64,000 nucleotides of DNA, taken from contig OX597827.1 of assembly GCA_951406725.2 (NCBI GenBank), forward strand, positions 64,232,001 through 64,296,000, written 5' to 3'. Positions 1-13,977 of the stretch are shown here, in pieces; position 1 is the first letter of the stretch, and every line of letters starts with the position of its first letter. The translations under genes were made by a program, and so were the position numbers. Under the pieces are notes generated by a model. The model worked only from the letters and a program-made list of their open reading frames with translations, ran no database searches and had not been told where the DNA came from. The stretch comes from Octopus vulgaris. Its lineage: Eukaryota.

Positions 1-315
1 CGGTTACGACGACGAAGGTCCCAGCTGATATGATCAACGGAACAGCTTACTCGTGAAATTAACGTGCAAGGGGCTGAGCACTCCACAGACACGCGTACCC
101 CTATCGCAGTTCTCAGATAGATTCATCGTGACATAGGATGTAACAAGGCTAGCCCCTTTTGAATTACAGGTACGACTCGTTTTTGCCAACCGAATGGACT
201 GGAGCAGCGTGAAATGAAGGGTCTTGCTCAAGGACACAACGCGTCGCCGGGAATTGAACTCACGACCTTACGATCATGAGCCGAATGCCCTAACCACTAA
301 GCGTCGCGCCTTCAC
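1..315 (-). mobile_element. tRNA-derived SINE, family E-type head and core with family A1-type tail (runs off the window edge)
   Basis: The minus strand begins gaaggcgcgacgcttagtggttagggc...gagttcaattccc (A/B-box-like), then gtgtccttgagcaagaccctt as in the 35289 copy. Its 3' part matches the tail of 3738-4121. Confidence 0.8.
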
Positions 316-330
316 AATATATATATATGC

Positions 331-465
<135 letters not shown>

Positions 466-1270
466 CATACATATATGTATATATATATATATATATGCAC
501 ATATATATACGCATATATATATATGCACACATATATATGCATATATATATGCATATGTTTCTTATGCATGTAAGTATGTAAGCATGCATATACATACATA
601 TATATGCATATATATACTTATATATACATATGTGTGTATGTATGTGAGTGTGTGTGCATTCGTTATGTAGTTCAATATACATGTAATATACATACTAAGT
701 ACTTGAGAAAATAATGCGGTTATTAATACTAACATAGATATTAATTTTATGCCTCGCAGCCATGGGTTTCATAGACAGCCGTGCAATCGTCAGTAAAGGA
801 AAAGAGGTAAGGGCTTACACAATCCTCCTATATTATCTGTTCGTTTTGGACTGTTCTATTTTACCAAAAGGGCAAGTGGGTGCAGGTCTATCACATTTCG
901 AATTATATTGCGTTGGGCAAATCGCTGAACAATAAAATAGGAAACTGCTGCACTTACCTCGCTTTGTTTTGTTATGTTTTTGTTTTTTTGCATTATAATG
1001 GACTGTGCGGGGAGTGGGAGCTTAAGACAAGTATTCCTTAAATACATATATCTCGATATATATTCGTTTCAATGGTTTCTCTCTCTCTCGTCTGCTTGTT
1101 CCGTATTCAATCATTTAATTGGTTATAACTAGTTTTCGCCACATGCAACCTACGTAGCTGCGCAGCGGCTTACTACGCGTGCGGTACAGCCTACACAGCG
1201 TAAATACGTTTCGTTGGATACACCAACGCATTATATACATACGTGTGGATATAAATAGATAGAGAGATAG

Positions 1271-1311
<41 letters not shown>

Positions 1312-1369
1312 ATGAGGGAGATGGAAGGATGGATGGATTGATGGATAGATAGATAAATTTAGAGATATG

Positions 1370-1477
1370 TTTCTTTATTAGCCACACAGGGCTGCACACA
1401 GACGGGACAAATCACAAGGTAGAGCTTTTCTTTTGGGGGATAAAAAAAGGGGGTTTGGTTTTCGATCAAAAGGGATC

Positions 1478-1478
<1 letters not shown>
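1370..1478 (-). mobile_element. Short retroelement 3'-end fragment ending in AATAAAGAAA
   Basis: Minus-strand gatttgtcccgtctgtgtgcagccctgtgtggctaataaagaaa resembles the family C SINE tail. Confidence 0.45.
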
Positions 1479-2520
<1,042 letters not shown>

Positions 2521-2655
2521 CGTAGAGATAATATATATATATATATGTGCGTGTGCATGTGTGTGTGTGTGTGTACGTGTGCGTGCAGGTTTGTCAAAAG
2601 TGCAGATTAAACTTATACGTCATTAAAAAACAGTATTACAAAAATTTATATTAAG

Positions 2656-3420
2656 ATGTCGGTCGTGGTAATGTTGCTGGTGTTGATAATGGTGGTGGTG
2701 GTGGTGGTGGTGGTGATGATGGTGATGGCAGTGTTGGAATTGGTAGTGGTGGTGGTGGTGAGGGCTTTGGCGATCATACCGGTGGTGGTGTTGAAAATTG
2801 AGATGCTGAGGACGATGGAGGTGGTGGAGATTGCACTGCTGCTGCGGCTGCTGCTGCTGTTGATGATTGTGGTGGTGGTGATGGTGGTAGTGGTGGAAAC
2901 CGCTTTACTAGTGGTGGTGTTGGTGGTGTTGGTGGTGGTGGTGGTGTTGGTGGTGGTGATGTAGAATGCATTCGCGGTGTTGCTGTTGCTGGTGTAGAAT
3001 GCACTCGTGGTGGTGTTGTTGTTGCTGGCGCTGGTGGTGGTGGTGGTGGTGGTGGGTGATGGTGGTGGTAGTGGTGGTGGTAGTGGTGGTGGTGATGGTG
3101 GCGGTGGTGATGGTGGTGGTGGTGGTGGTGGTGGTATAGAATGGATTCGCGGTGTTGCTGTTGCTGGGGCAGAATGCACTCGTGGTGTTGTTGTTGTTGC
3201 TGGCGCTGCTGCTGGTGGTGGTGGTGGTGGTGGTGGTGGGTGATGGTGGTGGTGGTATTGGTGGTGGTGGTATTGGTGGTGGTGGTGGTGGTGATGGCGG
3301 TGGTGGTGGTGGTGTAGAATGCATTCGCGGTGTTGCTGTTGCTTGGGGCAGAATGCACTCGTGGTGTGGTTGTTGCTGGCGCTAGTATGGTGGTGGTGGT
3401 GGTAGTGGTGGTAGCTGTAA
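2656..3420. repeat. (GGT)n-rich low-complexity tract with a ~72-bp module repeated three times
   Basis: tagaatgcattcgcggtgttgctgttgctgg..agaatgcactcgtggtg occurs at ~2962, ~3137 and ~3315. Confidence 0.85.
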
Positions 3421-3737
3421 TAATGAAGCTTGCGGCACGTGTGCGGATGTATACGTGTATAATATACGTAACCGTATGCATGTGTGTTTGTATATGAATG
3501 TTTGCGTGGTGTATATAGATTAAACAACACAACAAAAGAACCAGCTTTTCGTAACTGTGTCAATGGTCTTTACAATGCTATCAGCATACCATGGCGATTT
3601 GCTTAAGCTAAACGGCTTACGGGATCATTCTACGTATTGATCCGTTCGGCGGATACTCGTGTTCAAAGTAAGGAAGCCAGGACAAGCTTCTGTTTAGTTG
3701 CTTGACCTGCTAAATGTAGCATACATCAAATCATTGT

Positions 3738-4121
3738 GGAGGCGCAATGGCCCCAGTGGTTAGGGCAGCGGACTCGCGGTCATAGGATCGCGGTTTCGAT
3801 TCCCAGACCGGGCGTTGTGGGTGTTTATTGAGCGAAAACACCTAAAAGCTCCACGAGGCTCCGGCAGGGGATGGTGGTGATCCCTGCTGTACTCTTTCAC
3901 CACAACTTTCTCTCACTCTTACTTCCTGTTTCTGTTGTACCGGTATTTCAAAGGACCGGCCTTGTCACTCTCTGTGTCACGCTGAATATCCCCGAGAACT
4001 ACGTTATGGGTACACGTGTCTGTGGAGTGCTCAGCCACTTACACGTTAATTTCACGAGCAGGCTGTTCCGTTGATTCGGATCAACCGGAACCCTCGTCGT
4101 CGTAACCGACGGAGTGCTTCC
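3738..4121 (+). mobile_element. tRNA-derived SINE family A, subtype A1, full length
   Basis: A-box tggccccagtgg and B-box gtttcgattcc. A 13-bp TSD acatcaaatcatt lies at 3723-3735 and 4122-4134. Near-identical copies at 23379 and 61888. Confidence 0.92.
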
Positions 4122-4194
4122 ACATCAAATCATTATGTGTGTGTGTGTGCTCGAACACTCTATCACAAAAATAGCGCTTCTGATATGACATGTA

Positions 4195-4249
<55 letters not shown>

Positions 4250-4252
<3 letters not shown>

Positions 4253-4470
4253 GAGGCTTGGCAAACATCTCAACTAGCAGGCCTTACTACCCTTGACTGA
4301 TGACGAGCAAGAAACATGCATGTTTCTAGGTGCAGGCCCTAGCTAGTGGGGGTGCTTGTCTTCCCTTCGCAAATATATAAGGCGACAGGAAATGTGTCAA
4401 ATCCGACTGGAAGCGTCGATGTTTCCTAGGGCTAAATAGCGGTGGTGTGATTCCCTTTACGGGACTGTCT
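4250..4470 (+). mobile_element. Penelope-like non-autonomous fragment with a degenerate hammerhead (4291-4330)
   Basis: Reads ccttga-CTGATGA-cgagcaa-GAAA-catgcatg-TT-tctagg. Homologous to 42240-42455 on the minus strand and embedded in (TA)n. Confidence 0.55.
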
Positions 4471-4578
4471 CTCTCTCTCTCTATATATATTTATATATAT
4501 TTATAGAAATGGTAAGACAACAAAAGAATGAAAGAGACCTCGATATTATGTAAATAGAGGAATTTATCTGTAAATATA

Positions 4579-4698
4579 ATATGTGACAATTATTCGGTGG
4601 CCATGGGCAGAAACCTACGCCGCCATCTCTTCAGCTTTCCGGCCATCGAAAATCCGAAACTCGGAATTTTATCATGGCTACCGAATAATTGTCACATA

Positions 4699-4699
<1 letters not shown>
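4579..4699. repeat. Inverted repeat with 27-bp arms (26/27 match) in a (TA)n-embedded element
   Basis: atatgtgacaattattcggtggccatg pairs with catggctaccgaataattgtcacatat. Confidence 0.85.
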
Positions 4700-4775
<76 letters not shown>

Positions 4776-5344
4776 TACTGTTATATATATATATATATAT
4801 ATCCATACAGAGATACAGAGAATTGATGTATGAACATCAAAGAATAAATCTACGGTAATTAAGAGTCCAACTAATAATAGGCCGTTAAACTCCGGTAAGT
4901 TGCTGCGTTGAAGTAAATCCAAGTGGGACCAACTTGCATGTATACACATAATCAGATAAAGCGATTTTTAAGAGCATGATATTTACCACAAATTACTGAA
5001 AAGCATAAATTTCACATATTGTTCATACTTTAATTGCGTTCAACAGCTGTTTCATTCTGGTACACGCTACCAAATGTATTAATTGTTCAGTTGTAATAGA
5101 TAATTTAAACTAAATTAAGTTAACTTTTTAAAAACTGTTAAACAAATTATCAGGTGTGTTGTATTACGTACACACATATACAGACAACAGAGAGTGGGGG
5201 AGTGAGAGAGAGAGAGAGAGGGAGGGGAGGGAGAGAAAGAGTATGATCGTGAATACAATCGGCCAAAATGGGGTTCCTCCGCAGGATCTCTAACAGTAAC
5301 GTTACTTGACGTAACAGTAACGCAACTCTGTAATCAGGAAGTAT

Positions 5345-5600
5345 CTCCAGGTGGAGGCACTATATCTCTACGTTGAAAAGTCACGGTTCCAACAACACGG
5401 ACATGTGAATAGAAAGTTGCAAGAAAGGAGACCTGTGTGTAGACCAAAAAGGAAATGGTTTGATGATACCAATTGTCTTGGTTTGTCACGCTTGGGAATC
5501 CAACCGGAAGGTCTAATGACGGTTGCTTCTAATAGGACCCTATGGAAGAGGTGCCTGAGAACTCTACCCACATGACACTCACAGGAATAGTGGGTGGAGA
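5345..5600 (+). pseudogene. Degenerate RTE-like LINE ORF C-terminal fragment
   Basis: Translation HGHVNR..ERRPVCRPKRKWFDD..VASNRTLWKR resembles the GH..R / GRPxxxW / A.xR..W C-terminal motifs of RTE-clade ORFs. Confidence 0.6.
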
Positions 5601-5603
5601 AAG

Positions 5604-5682
<79 letters not shown>

Positions 5683-5796
5683 TTATAATATCATAAAATA
5701 CAATTATAATTAAAGGCATAGAAGAGACCATGACTATGCTGAAAATAGACGATAAATCGTCAAACGACTTTAAAATTATCACTTTTACACACATAC

Positions 5797-5859
<63 letters not shown>

Positions 5860-5860
<1 letters not shown>

Positions 5861-5998
5861 CGGGCTACTTTCAGTTTCCGTCAACGAAATCCACTCACAA
5901 CGCTTAAGTTGGCCTGTAGTTATAGTAGAAGACACTTGCCCAAGGTGCCGCGTAGTGGTACTGAACCCAGAACCATGTGGCTGGTAAGCAAGCTTCTC
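5860..5998 (-). mobile_element. SINE family B, 5' half
   Basis: Reverse complement of the family B head and core (cttaccagccacatggttctgggttcagtacc...accttgggcaagtgtc). Confidence 0.8.
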
Positions 5999-6487
5999 GC
6001 CGTTGTTTACACGAATGAATGTTTAATGCGTGTGTATAAGAGAGTGTATGTGTGTTGGGGGGGGGGGGGGGTCGTGCTACATGGCGAGGGTGTTTACGTG
6101 CATGTGTGTGCATACACCCGCGTATGCGAATGTTTGGCCATATTTTTTGTCAAGAAATGTAGACATCAACGAGATTTTATTTTCACTGTTGTCAACTTCA
6201 ACACATGACTCGAATCAATCAATATGAGAGGACTCCGAAATTCACTCATTGCTTAAAGCATCGAATGGATTCGACGTTGATAAATGTTTACGAAACTTCA
6301 AGCAATGTGTATCTAGGTTCACCTATTAATACGTATGTACACGCCATACATACATACATTGTGGCTGCCCCCTCGTTATCGAGTATGGCCATTGCACGAG
6401 GCTTAACTGTTACTGGTGCTGTGATCGAATGTGACTTTTTAGCTCAGCTAAAGGTTTACAATGTCTTGTACAGAATTGGCAACTAAT

Positions 6488-7070
6488 ACCTATTTCTTTA
6501 TTACCCACAAGGAGCTAAACATAGAGGGGACAAACAAGGACAGACATAGGTATTAAGTCGATTACATCGACCCCAGTGCGTAACTGGTACTTAATTTATC
6601 GACCCCGAAAGGATGAAAGGTAAAGTCGACCTCGGCGGAATTTGAACTCAGAACGTAACGGCAGACGAAATACCTATTTCTTTACTACCCACAAGGGGGC
6701 AAACACAGAGGGGACAAAAAAGGACAGACAAAAGGATTAAGTCGATTATATCGACCCCAGTGCACAACTGGGTGGAATTTGAACTCAGAACGTAACGGCA
6801 GACGAAATAATGCTAAGCATTTCTCTCGGCGTGCTAACGTTTCTTATTTCTTTATTATCCACAAGGGGCTAAACATAGAGGGGACAAACAAGGACAGACA
6901 TAGGTATTAAGTCGATTACATCGACCCCAGTGCGTAACTGGTACTTAGTTTATCGACCCCGAAAGGATGAAAGGTAAAGTCGACCTCGGCGGAATTTGAA
7001 CTCACAACGTAACGGCAGACGAAATACTGTTAAGCATTTCGCCCGACGTGCTAACGTTTCTGCCAGCTCG
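6488..7070 (-). mobile_element. Three tandem family C SINE units
   Basis: The tatttcttta..cccacaagg..gaactcagaacgtaacggcagacgaaat block repeats at ~6491, ~6674 and ~6846. The middle unit is internally deleted. Confidence 0.88.
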
Positions 7071-7212
7071 GTAACAGCCGGCTTTAGTTGTTACTGGGCT
7101 TCATGTACCTTTGCACGTCGTTTAAGTCCTGTCGAATTACACATACATACATACATACATACATACATACATACATACATACATACATACATACATACAT
7201 ACATACATACAT

Positions 7213-7772
7213 TTGATGCAGTACCAGGCAGTGGCACTCGTGACTTCTCATCTTAACTGATTGGAAGTGTTATCCTGTACATTGTTTTGTCTTGGTATAA
7301 ACGATGGACTACAGCAAATATTCTGTCCAATACCACAGATTTGCTTCTCATTTGTTTGATCTTAACCAGTTGAGCATGTCCCTTAGTTGCTGACGGTATG
7401 TGCATCTCTGATCACGAACAGAAGTAGTGGGGGAATATCATAGCCATGTGTTGAGAGGAATTCTTCAGGGTTTGAATAATTCACCTCTGGAAACATGGGT
7501 GGTTCGTTCAATATCATTAAACAACCCTTATTCAGCGACCTTTTGGGCGGGATGGGCTACTCGACTTGAAGAAAATTCTAACTGGGCCCCACCTGCAAGT
7601 TCATGCGCTGTTTATCTTAATATGAGATCACCATGTTGTGTACATATGTCTGTGATGCATGTGTCTGGTGTACCCTTATCAGACGGGTAGTCATGATGGG
7701 TATACTGGTCTTCGTACATTTTACCCCAGTGTCACTTTGATGGCATACACTACTCTCTCACTCAATAATATA
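7213..7772 (+). mobile_element. Family D non-coding retroposon with (AAT)n tail
   Basis: Collinear with 41271-41830 and ends ctcactcaataataat. Confidence 0.85.
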
Positions 7773-8027
7773 ATATAATATATATATATACATCTAATAT
7801 AGGATAAAATTTTTCGAAAAAAATTTTATCAATGGCCAGCATATTAAAAAATCCCTTTAAAGGTTATAAGTTTTATATATATATATATATATACATATTA
7901 GAATTTCTGCTCATTCCCACGATTTCATTTAATGTGTATAGTGGAAGTTGGTGGTCGTAGTCGTCTTCTGGCTGCTATTTTTAGCGTGCTGGTGCCACTT
8001 GTAGCCCCCTTAATTGTTAATTACACA

Positions 8028-9135
8028 CAGAGACGACTTCGGAATCTCCTGCAACTCTTCTGGGCGGTCTCCTTGTTTAAGTTGGTGAATACTGTCATAA
8101 CTCTTGCCTTCGGTTCATCTTTGGTGCTACGAGGAGTCTTGTTGATCTCTCGTCCAACTGCACCCCACAAGTAATAATCAAATGAGTTGCAGTCTGGGGA
8201 ATTAGGTGGCCAGATGTTAAAGGTGATGTGGTCGCAGAAATTGTCTGACAGTCATTACTGGGTTCTCCTGGCTTGTGTGGTATGGTGCGGTGTCGTTTTG
8301 CTAGACATAAGATCTTCCAGCAGCCACCCTCTTGACCCAGAGTAGCACTACCTCCTCTAGGCACTTGATGTAGGCCTCCGTGTTGAGTTTGAGGCCGTGT
8401 GAGAGGGTGAATGGAGGCATAATGCCGCCATCACTAGAAATCGCTCCAAATACCATGATGTTGACTGGATGTTTGATTTTTATCACTCACGGTACATGCG
8501 TTGGGGACACCGTAACCCAACTGTTGTTCTGTGTGTTCACCATCTGATCCTGGGAAAAATTGTTCTCGTCTGAGAAAAAGCAAGGGATGTTCGGTTCGAG
8601 GAGATGCTTGAGTTTGTTCAAAAGCTTCGTAGCATGGTCTTTCCTCTTGTACTTGATGGCTTGAGATAAAAATTGGCTCATTCTCATCTTGTATAAGGAT
8701 TACCGAATGTCTTCAGACACTACCTGCCTGATAAAAAACTCAGACACTCCCATGTCCCTGGCGATGGAAGGATCATTGTCAATTATGGTCTGGATCTTAA
8801 CAACAAATTCAGGAGTTCTTTTCTTATCAGAAGGATCAGAGTGAGTTTTCCGAGCTTCCGTACCTTCACAATTACCGTTAGACTCATCCAACTTTTTCGA
8901 AATCCTCTACACTTTCCCTAGATTGATACCTAAACACTCTGAAGTGTTCCAATTGGAGCATCCAGCGCGAATGCCAAGCAGTATAGCATGTGTATTGCGT
9001 CATGGTGCTGTTTTTCTCACAGACGGTGCCCAACTGACCTTACTATACTGTGTAGTTGACAAAATCCAAAAAAACAATGTGCATACGCGAAATCAAATAT
9101 ATAAAATGCCAACAATTTACCCATCGCACCCTATA
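8028..9135 (-). mobile_element. Tc1/mariner transposon fossil (DD37D/maT-like), frameshifted transposase
   Basis: Minus-strand pieces FFSDE, IMVFGAISSDG, QNDTAPYH and WPPNSPDCNSFDYYLWG, with stops and frameshifts. One terminus is likely at ~9135 (ccatcgcaccctata). The other end was not found. Confidence 0.85.
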
Positions 9136-9233
9136 TATATGTTTGGATTTTTCAATTCCCGAGCGTTATACTAATTGCATCTATTTGTTTTCTATACCAC
9201 CTGTTTTCGTCTTTTCTTTTTTCCGTGAATTCT

Positions 9234-9284
<51 letters not shown>

Positions 9285-9419
9285 CATGTAAGTATGTATG
9301 TATGTATGTATGTGTGTATGTGTGTGCATCTGTGTGTGTATTTATTTATCTATTAATTTATTAAAGTGAAAAAATTATTAGAAAAGCTATTTCTATTCAT
9401 TTTTTCAAATATATTTATT

Positions 9420-9640
9420 TCTTTGTGCATATGTTTTTCGCTCGCCACCGCTTGACAAACGGTGTTTACCTTCCCGTAATATAGCGGTTCGGCAAAAAGA
9501 GACCGATCGACTATATACCAGGCTTTTACAAAAAAAAAAAAAAAAGATTAAATATTGGGGTCGATATGTTCGACAAAATTCTTCGCGGCGGTGTTCCAGC
9601 ATGGCCGTAGTCTAATGACTGAAGCAAGTAAAAGATTAAA
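9420..9640 (+). mobile_element. SINE family B, 3' half (diverged)
   Basis: gcttgacaaacggtgtttac..gcggttcggcaaaaagagaccgat..ccagcatggccgtagtctaatgactgaa. Confidence 0.75.
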
Positions 9641-9735
9641 AAAAAAAAAAACACAAAATGGACGCTTTTTAGTTTCTATCTACAAAATCCTTTCACTAGG
9701 CCTTGGTCGGCCAGAGGGACGGCGAGCTGGCAGAT

Positions 9736-9973
9736 AGGCGGCGAGCTGGCAGAAACTTTAAGCACGCCGGGCGAAATGCATAGCCGTATTTCGTCTGTCG
9801 TTACGTTCTGAGTTCAAATTCCGCCGAGGTTGACTTTGCCTTTTATCCTTTCGGGGGGTCGATTAAATAAGTACCAGTTGCGCACTGGGGTCGATATATA
9901 ATCGACTTAATCCTATTGTCTGTCCTTGTTTGTCCTCTCTGTGTTTAGCCCCTTGTGGGTTGTAAAGAAATAG
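9736..9973 (+). mobile_element. tRNA-derived SINE family C
   Basis: Head ggcggcgagctggcagaa..gttctgagttcaaattcc, central gactttgcctttt/catcctttcggggtcga domain (resembles the Meta domain of MetaSINEs, unverified), tail ...gcccttgtggg..taaagaaat. Confidence 0.85.
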
Positions 9974-10254
9974 ATATATTAGAAGCCACAATGCCGAAGA
10001 TGTTACGCAGTGAGACTGAACCTCATACCATGTGGTCGGAAGACAAACTGCTTACCACCCAGCCACCGATGAGCCAATTTGCCGTGACAAGCAGCACTGT
10101 GACAGACGCTCTCTGGGAACAAATGCTGTGGTATTGTCAACAACCGAACAGTAACAGAACAATTGATTCCAAGAGGAATCGTTTTTCGATCATCGAATTA
10201 ATGGAACGCTGGTTTGTTGAAGCCGAACTAAGATCCATTCATCCTCCATGCATT

Positions 10255-10339
<85 letters not shown>

Positions 10340-10753
10340 GGTGGTGGTGGTGGTGGTGGTGATGGAGGTTATAGTCGTCATCGCTTTTGTGGTAGAAAAG
10401 ATAGTAGTCGTCGTTGCTGTCGTACAAGTAGTAGTAGTAGTAGTAGTAGCAGCAGCAGTAGTAGTAGTAGTAGTAGAAGCGGTGGTGATGTTGCTACTGT
10501 TGCTGTTGTTCGTGGTGGTGGTGGTTGTTGTTGTAGTCGTCGTTGTAGTAGAGTTGGTAGTGGCGGTGGTAAAGGTGGTGGCTGTCATCGTTGTAGTAGT
10601 AGCAGTAGCAGCAGCAGTGATAGTTGTAGTAGTAGTAGTAGTAGCGGTGGTGATGGTGCTACTATTATTCTTGTTCTTGATGGTTGTTGTGATGGTGGCG
10701 ATGGCTGTCATTGTAGTCGCCGTAGTAGTAGTGGTGATGTGGTGGTTGTCACT

Positions 10754-10789
<36 letters not shown>

Positions 10790-10808
10790 TGGTGGTTGTC
10801 ATTGTAGC

Positions 10809-10860
<52 letters not shown>

Positions 10861-10876
10861 TGGTGGTGGTGGTAGT
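10255..10876. repeat. (GTA)n/(GTG)n trinucleotide tract
   Basis: Direct inspection. Confidence 0.95.
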
Positions 10877-11350
10877 AAGAGAAGACCGAACTGCTCTCGC
10901 TTCTAGAGAGCGTCATCGTCTTTCCTCGCTGACGCTTTCTTTGCAGTGAAGTTCGAGACTGCAGCTAGCACGTGCACATGTTATGACGTAATGCATGTCA
11001 TTAAAAACAAAATCTCACGTGCCCCTCCCCCTCTCCATTTCTCATTCTAAATCTCTCCCTCTCTCTCTCCTTCTCTCTCTCTCTCCCTCGCTCTCACTCT
11101 CTCTCTCTCTCTCTCTCCGTCTCTCCGGTGTCATTGGATATTTTGGTTGCTTCGCTCCGAAATATGACACAAATAGGCATAAACACACACACACACTAAC
11201 ACACACACACACATGAACGTACACACGCACAGACACACACATAGACTCACTTATACATACGCGCACCTACACACACACATACACACGCACACACACATGA
11301 ACGTACACACGCACAGACACACACATACACTCACTCATACATACGCACAC

Positions 11351-11387
<37 letters not shown>

Positions 11388-11650
11388 AATGTACACACGC
11401 ACACAGACACACACATACACTCATACATACGCGCACACATACACACACACACACGCACACATGTAATCATTCATGCACACATGCACTTACATGCACACAC
11501 ATACACACACCCAGTCACTCACACACATACACTCACACACATTCGCACTCTAATACAAACACACGTACACATATGTACACATACTGATGCTTACATTCTC
11601 ATTATTCACTGCATAACAATACACACACAGACACATACATATAAATAACA

Positions 11651-11714
<64 letters not shown>

Positions 11715-11961
11715 AAACATATATAAGAAATCTATGTATATATCACAAAACTAATAAATTGATCAATCTGTCAATAAAGCAATCAGGTGATCGATCGATC
11801 GATCAATTAATAACCCAATCTAGCTATCATCTGTTATGGATTTCTCTGTACTCCTGCGTCTCTCCTTGTGTCTCTGACTCTGCCCTAAATATACATACAT
11901 ACACATACATACATATATACATATATATATAACATAATATAATATAACATAATATAATATA

Positions 11962-12011
<50 letters not shown>

Positions 12012-12157
12012 TATATACATATATATACATTCTCATATAAACATACATATATGTATATGTGAGTGTTTGTGTTTGTGTATACATACAAACAAATATACAT
12101 ACATACATATATACATACATACATACATACATATATATATATATATATGTATGCATG

Positions 12158-12201
<44 letters not shown>

Positions 12202-12274
12202 GACATTCACACATCTACATATATGTATGGCTATATTATGAATCTTATTGTAATGCATATATATCGTTTATACA

Positions 12275-12325
<51 letters not shown>

Positions 12326-12468
12326 GTATGTATATGTATGTGCATGTGTGTATATACAGACAGAAAAGCGAAAAGAAAGAGTAGAAGGAAAGAGGGCGAA
12401 AAAGAGGGGAGCAAATAGAAAGAGGAGAGTGGATCAATGCATCATATGCAGAGAGAGAGAGAGAGGGA

Positions 12469-12521
<53 letters not shown>

Positions 12522-12945
12522 GGCTGTGAATCAAATTAATGAGCTGGGAGAAAGTGCAAAACAGATATACAGACGAAAACAGACAGAGAGAAAGACAGAG
12601 ACATCTGTACAAAACGTTGGGAACAAAGACACAGATTCTTAAGACATGCAACATATTCACGAGTGATGAAACGGTTGACAGAAACAGCTTCACGTTCGAA
12701 GAAAGAGCGTAATTGTTGCCGCGTTTCTAGCACAAGCGAGTGAAAAAAGCTACAGTTCCGGCAATGCAGTAGCACTAAAGAAAAATTTTACTGTATTGGC
12801 AAAGAGCCAGAAATCTATAGGGGAGAAAAAAAATAATATAAATAGATAAAGTCGATTAAATCAACCTCAGAATTTAGCTGGTACAAACAATTTTAAAACT
12901 CCAGACAAATGAAAATATTCAAAGTAGGAATCGATGACGATGGTC

Positions 12946-12991
<46 letters not shown>

Positions 12992-12993
<2 letters not shown>

Positions 12994-13404
12994 CGCAGGA
13001 GTGGCTGTGTGGTAAGTAGCTTGCTAACCAACCACATGGTTCCGGGTTCAGTCCCACTGCGTGGCATCTTGGGCAAGTGTCTTCTGCTATAGCCCCGGGC
13101 CGACCAATGCCTTGTGAGTGGATTTGGTAGACGGAAACTGAAAGAAGCCTGTCGTATATATGTATATATATATGTGTGTGTGTTTGTGTGTCTGTGTTTG
13201 TCCCCCTAGCATCGTTTGACAACCGATGCTGGTGTGTTTACGTCCCCGTCACTTAGCGGTTCGGCAAAAAAGAGACCGATAGAATAAGTACTGGGCTTAC
13301 AAAGAATAAGTCCCGGGGTCGAGTTGCTCGATTAAAGGCGGTGCTCCAGCATGGCCGCAGTCAAATGACTGAAACAAGTAAAAGAGAAAGAGAAAAGAGA
13401 AAGA

Positions 13405-13406
<2 letters not shown>
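12992..13406 (+). mobile_element. tRNA-derived SINE family B, full length (CORE-like domain, internal TA/TG microsatellite)
   Basis: A-box tggctgtgtgg, B-box ggttcagtcc, the cttgggcaagt motif reminiscent of CORE-SINEs, and a (GAAAAGA/GTAAAAGA)n tail. About 20 copies or fragments in the window. Confidence 0.92.
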
Positions 13407-13451
<45 letters not shown>

Positions 13452-13454
<3 letters not shown>

Positions 13455-13664
13455 CGGGAAGCTTTATGAAAATAGACAAAAGACGAAGGCAGGTGGAAAA
13501 CAAACAAACAATTGTATTAGTATGGCGCTCAGGAAATATAAATAAAACAAGTCTTTAACGTTTCGAGCCTACGCTCTTCAACAGAAAGATACACAGAGAG
13601 AAAAAAACACAGAAAGAAGGAGAGAAAAATAATGCGTGCAGTAACTAACGAATCAACATGGCGA

Positions 13665-13668
<4 letters not shown>
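13452..13668 (-). mobile_element. Penelope-like non-autonomous cassette with hammerhead-like motif (13552-13589)
   Basis: Minus strand reads tcttt-CTGTTGA-A-gagc-gtag-gctc-GAAAcgTT-aaaga. Flanked by (TA)n. Confidence 0.7.
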
Positions 13669-13718
<50 letters not shown>

Positions 13719-13769
13719 ATCCAATGTTAATCCAATGTTAATGTTTGGATTGACTATATATATATATAT

Positions 13770-13977
13770 AAAGTTAATCCAAACAAGAAAACACAAAAAA
13801 AAAACACAGCAACGCGAGGACGTGGAACAAATAAAGTATTATTGGACGCTCAGGAAAGAAGGGAAGAAGGAGGGTTTAACGTTTCGAGCGGAGCTCTTCG
13901 TCGGAAACAAAGGAGAAGGAAAGATCCCGAGAAGGGAAGACAGAGGAAAAAATTGCTGGCGGTGCTCACGAGGTCAT
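13770..13977 (-). mobile_element. Penelope-like cassette with hammerhead-like motif (13874-13908)
   Basis: Minus strand reads gttt-CCGACGA-A-gagc-tcc-gctc-GAAAcgTT-aaac. Confidence 0.7.

Noticed and set aside
2646-3563. 305-aa His/Pro/Thr-rich mucin- or extensin-like ORF
   Set aside because: It is open in several frames because (CCA)n lacks stops. Homopolymer runs switch with frame slips, and there is no signal peptide or splice evidence.
3738-3815. tRNA genes at SINE heads (also at 12992, 35289 and 47361-47441)
   Set aside because: A/B boxes are present, but acceptor stems do not pair fully and each head continues into a repeat body, several with TSDs.
3871-4074. 67-aa ORF MVVIPAVLFHH... 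found three times (also at 23426 and 62019)
   Set aside because: It lies inside family A1 SINE copies, so its conservation reflects repeat youth.
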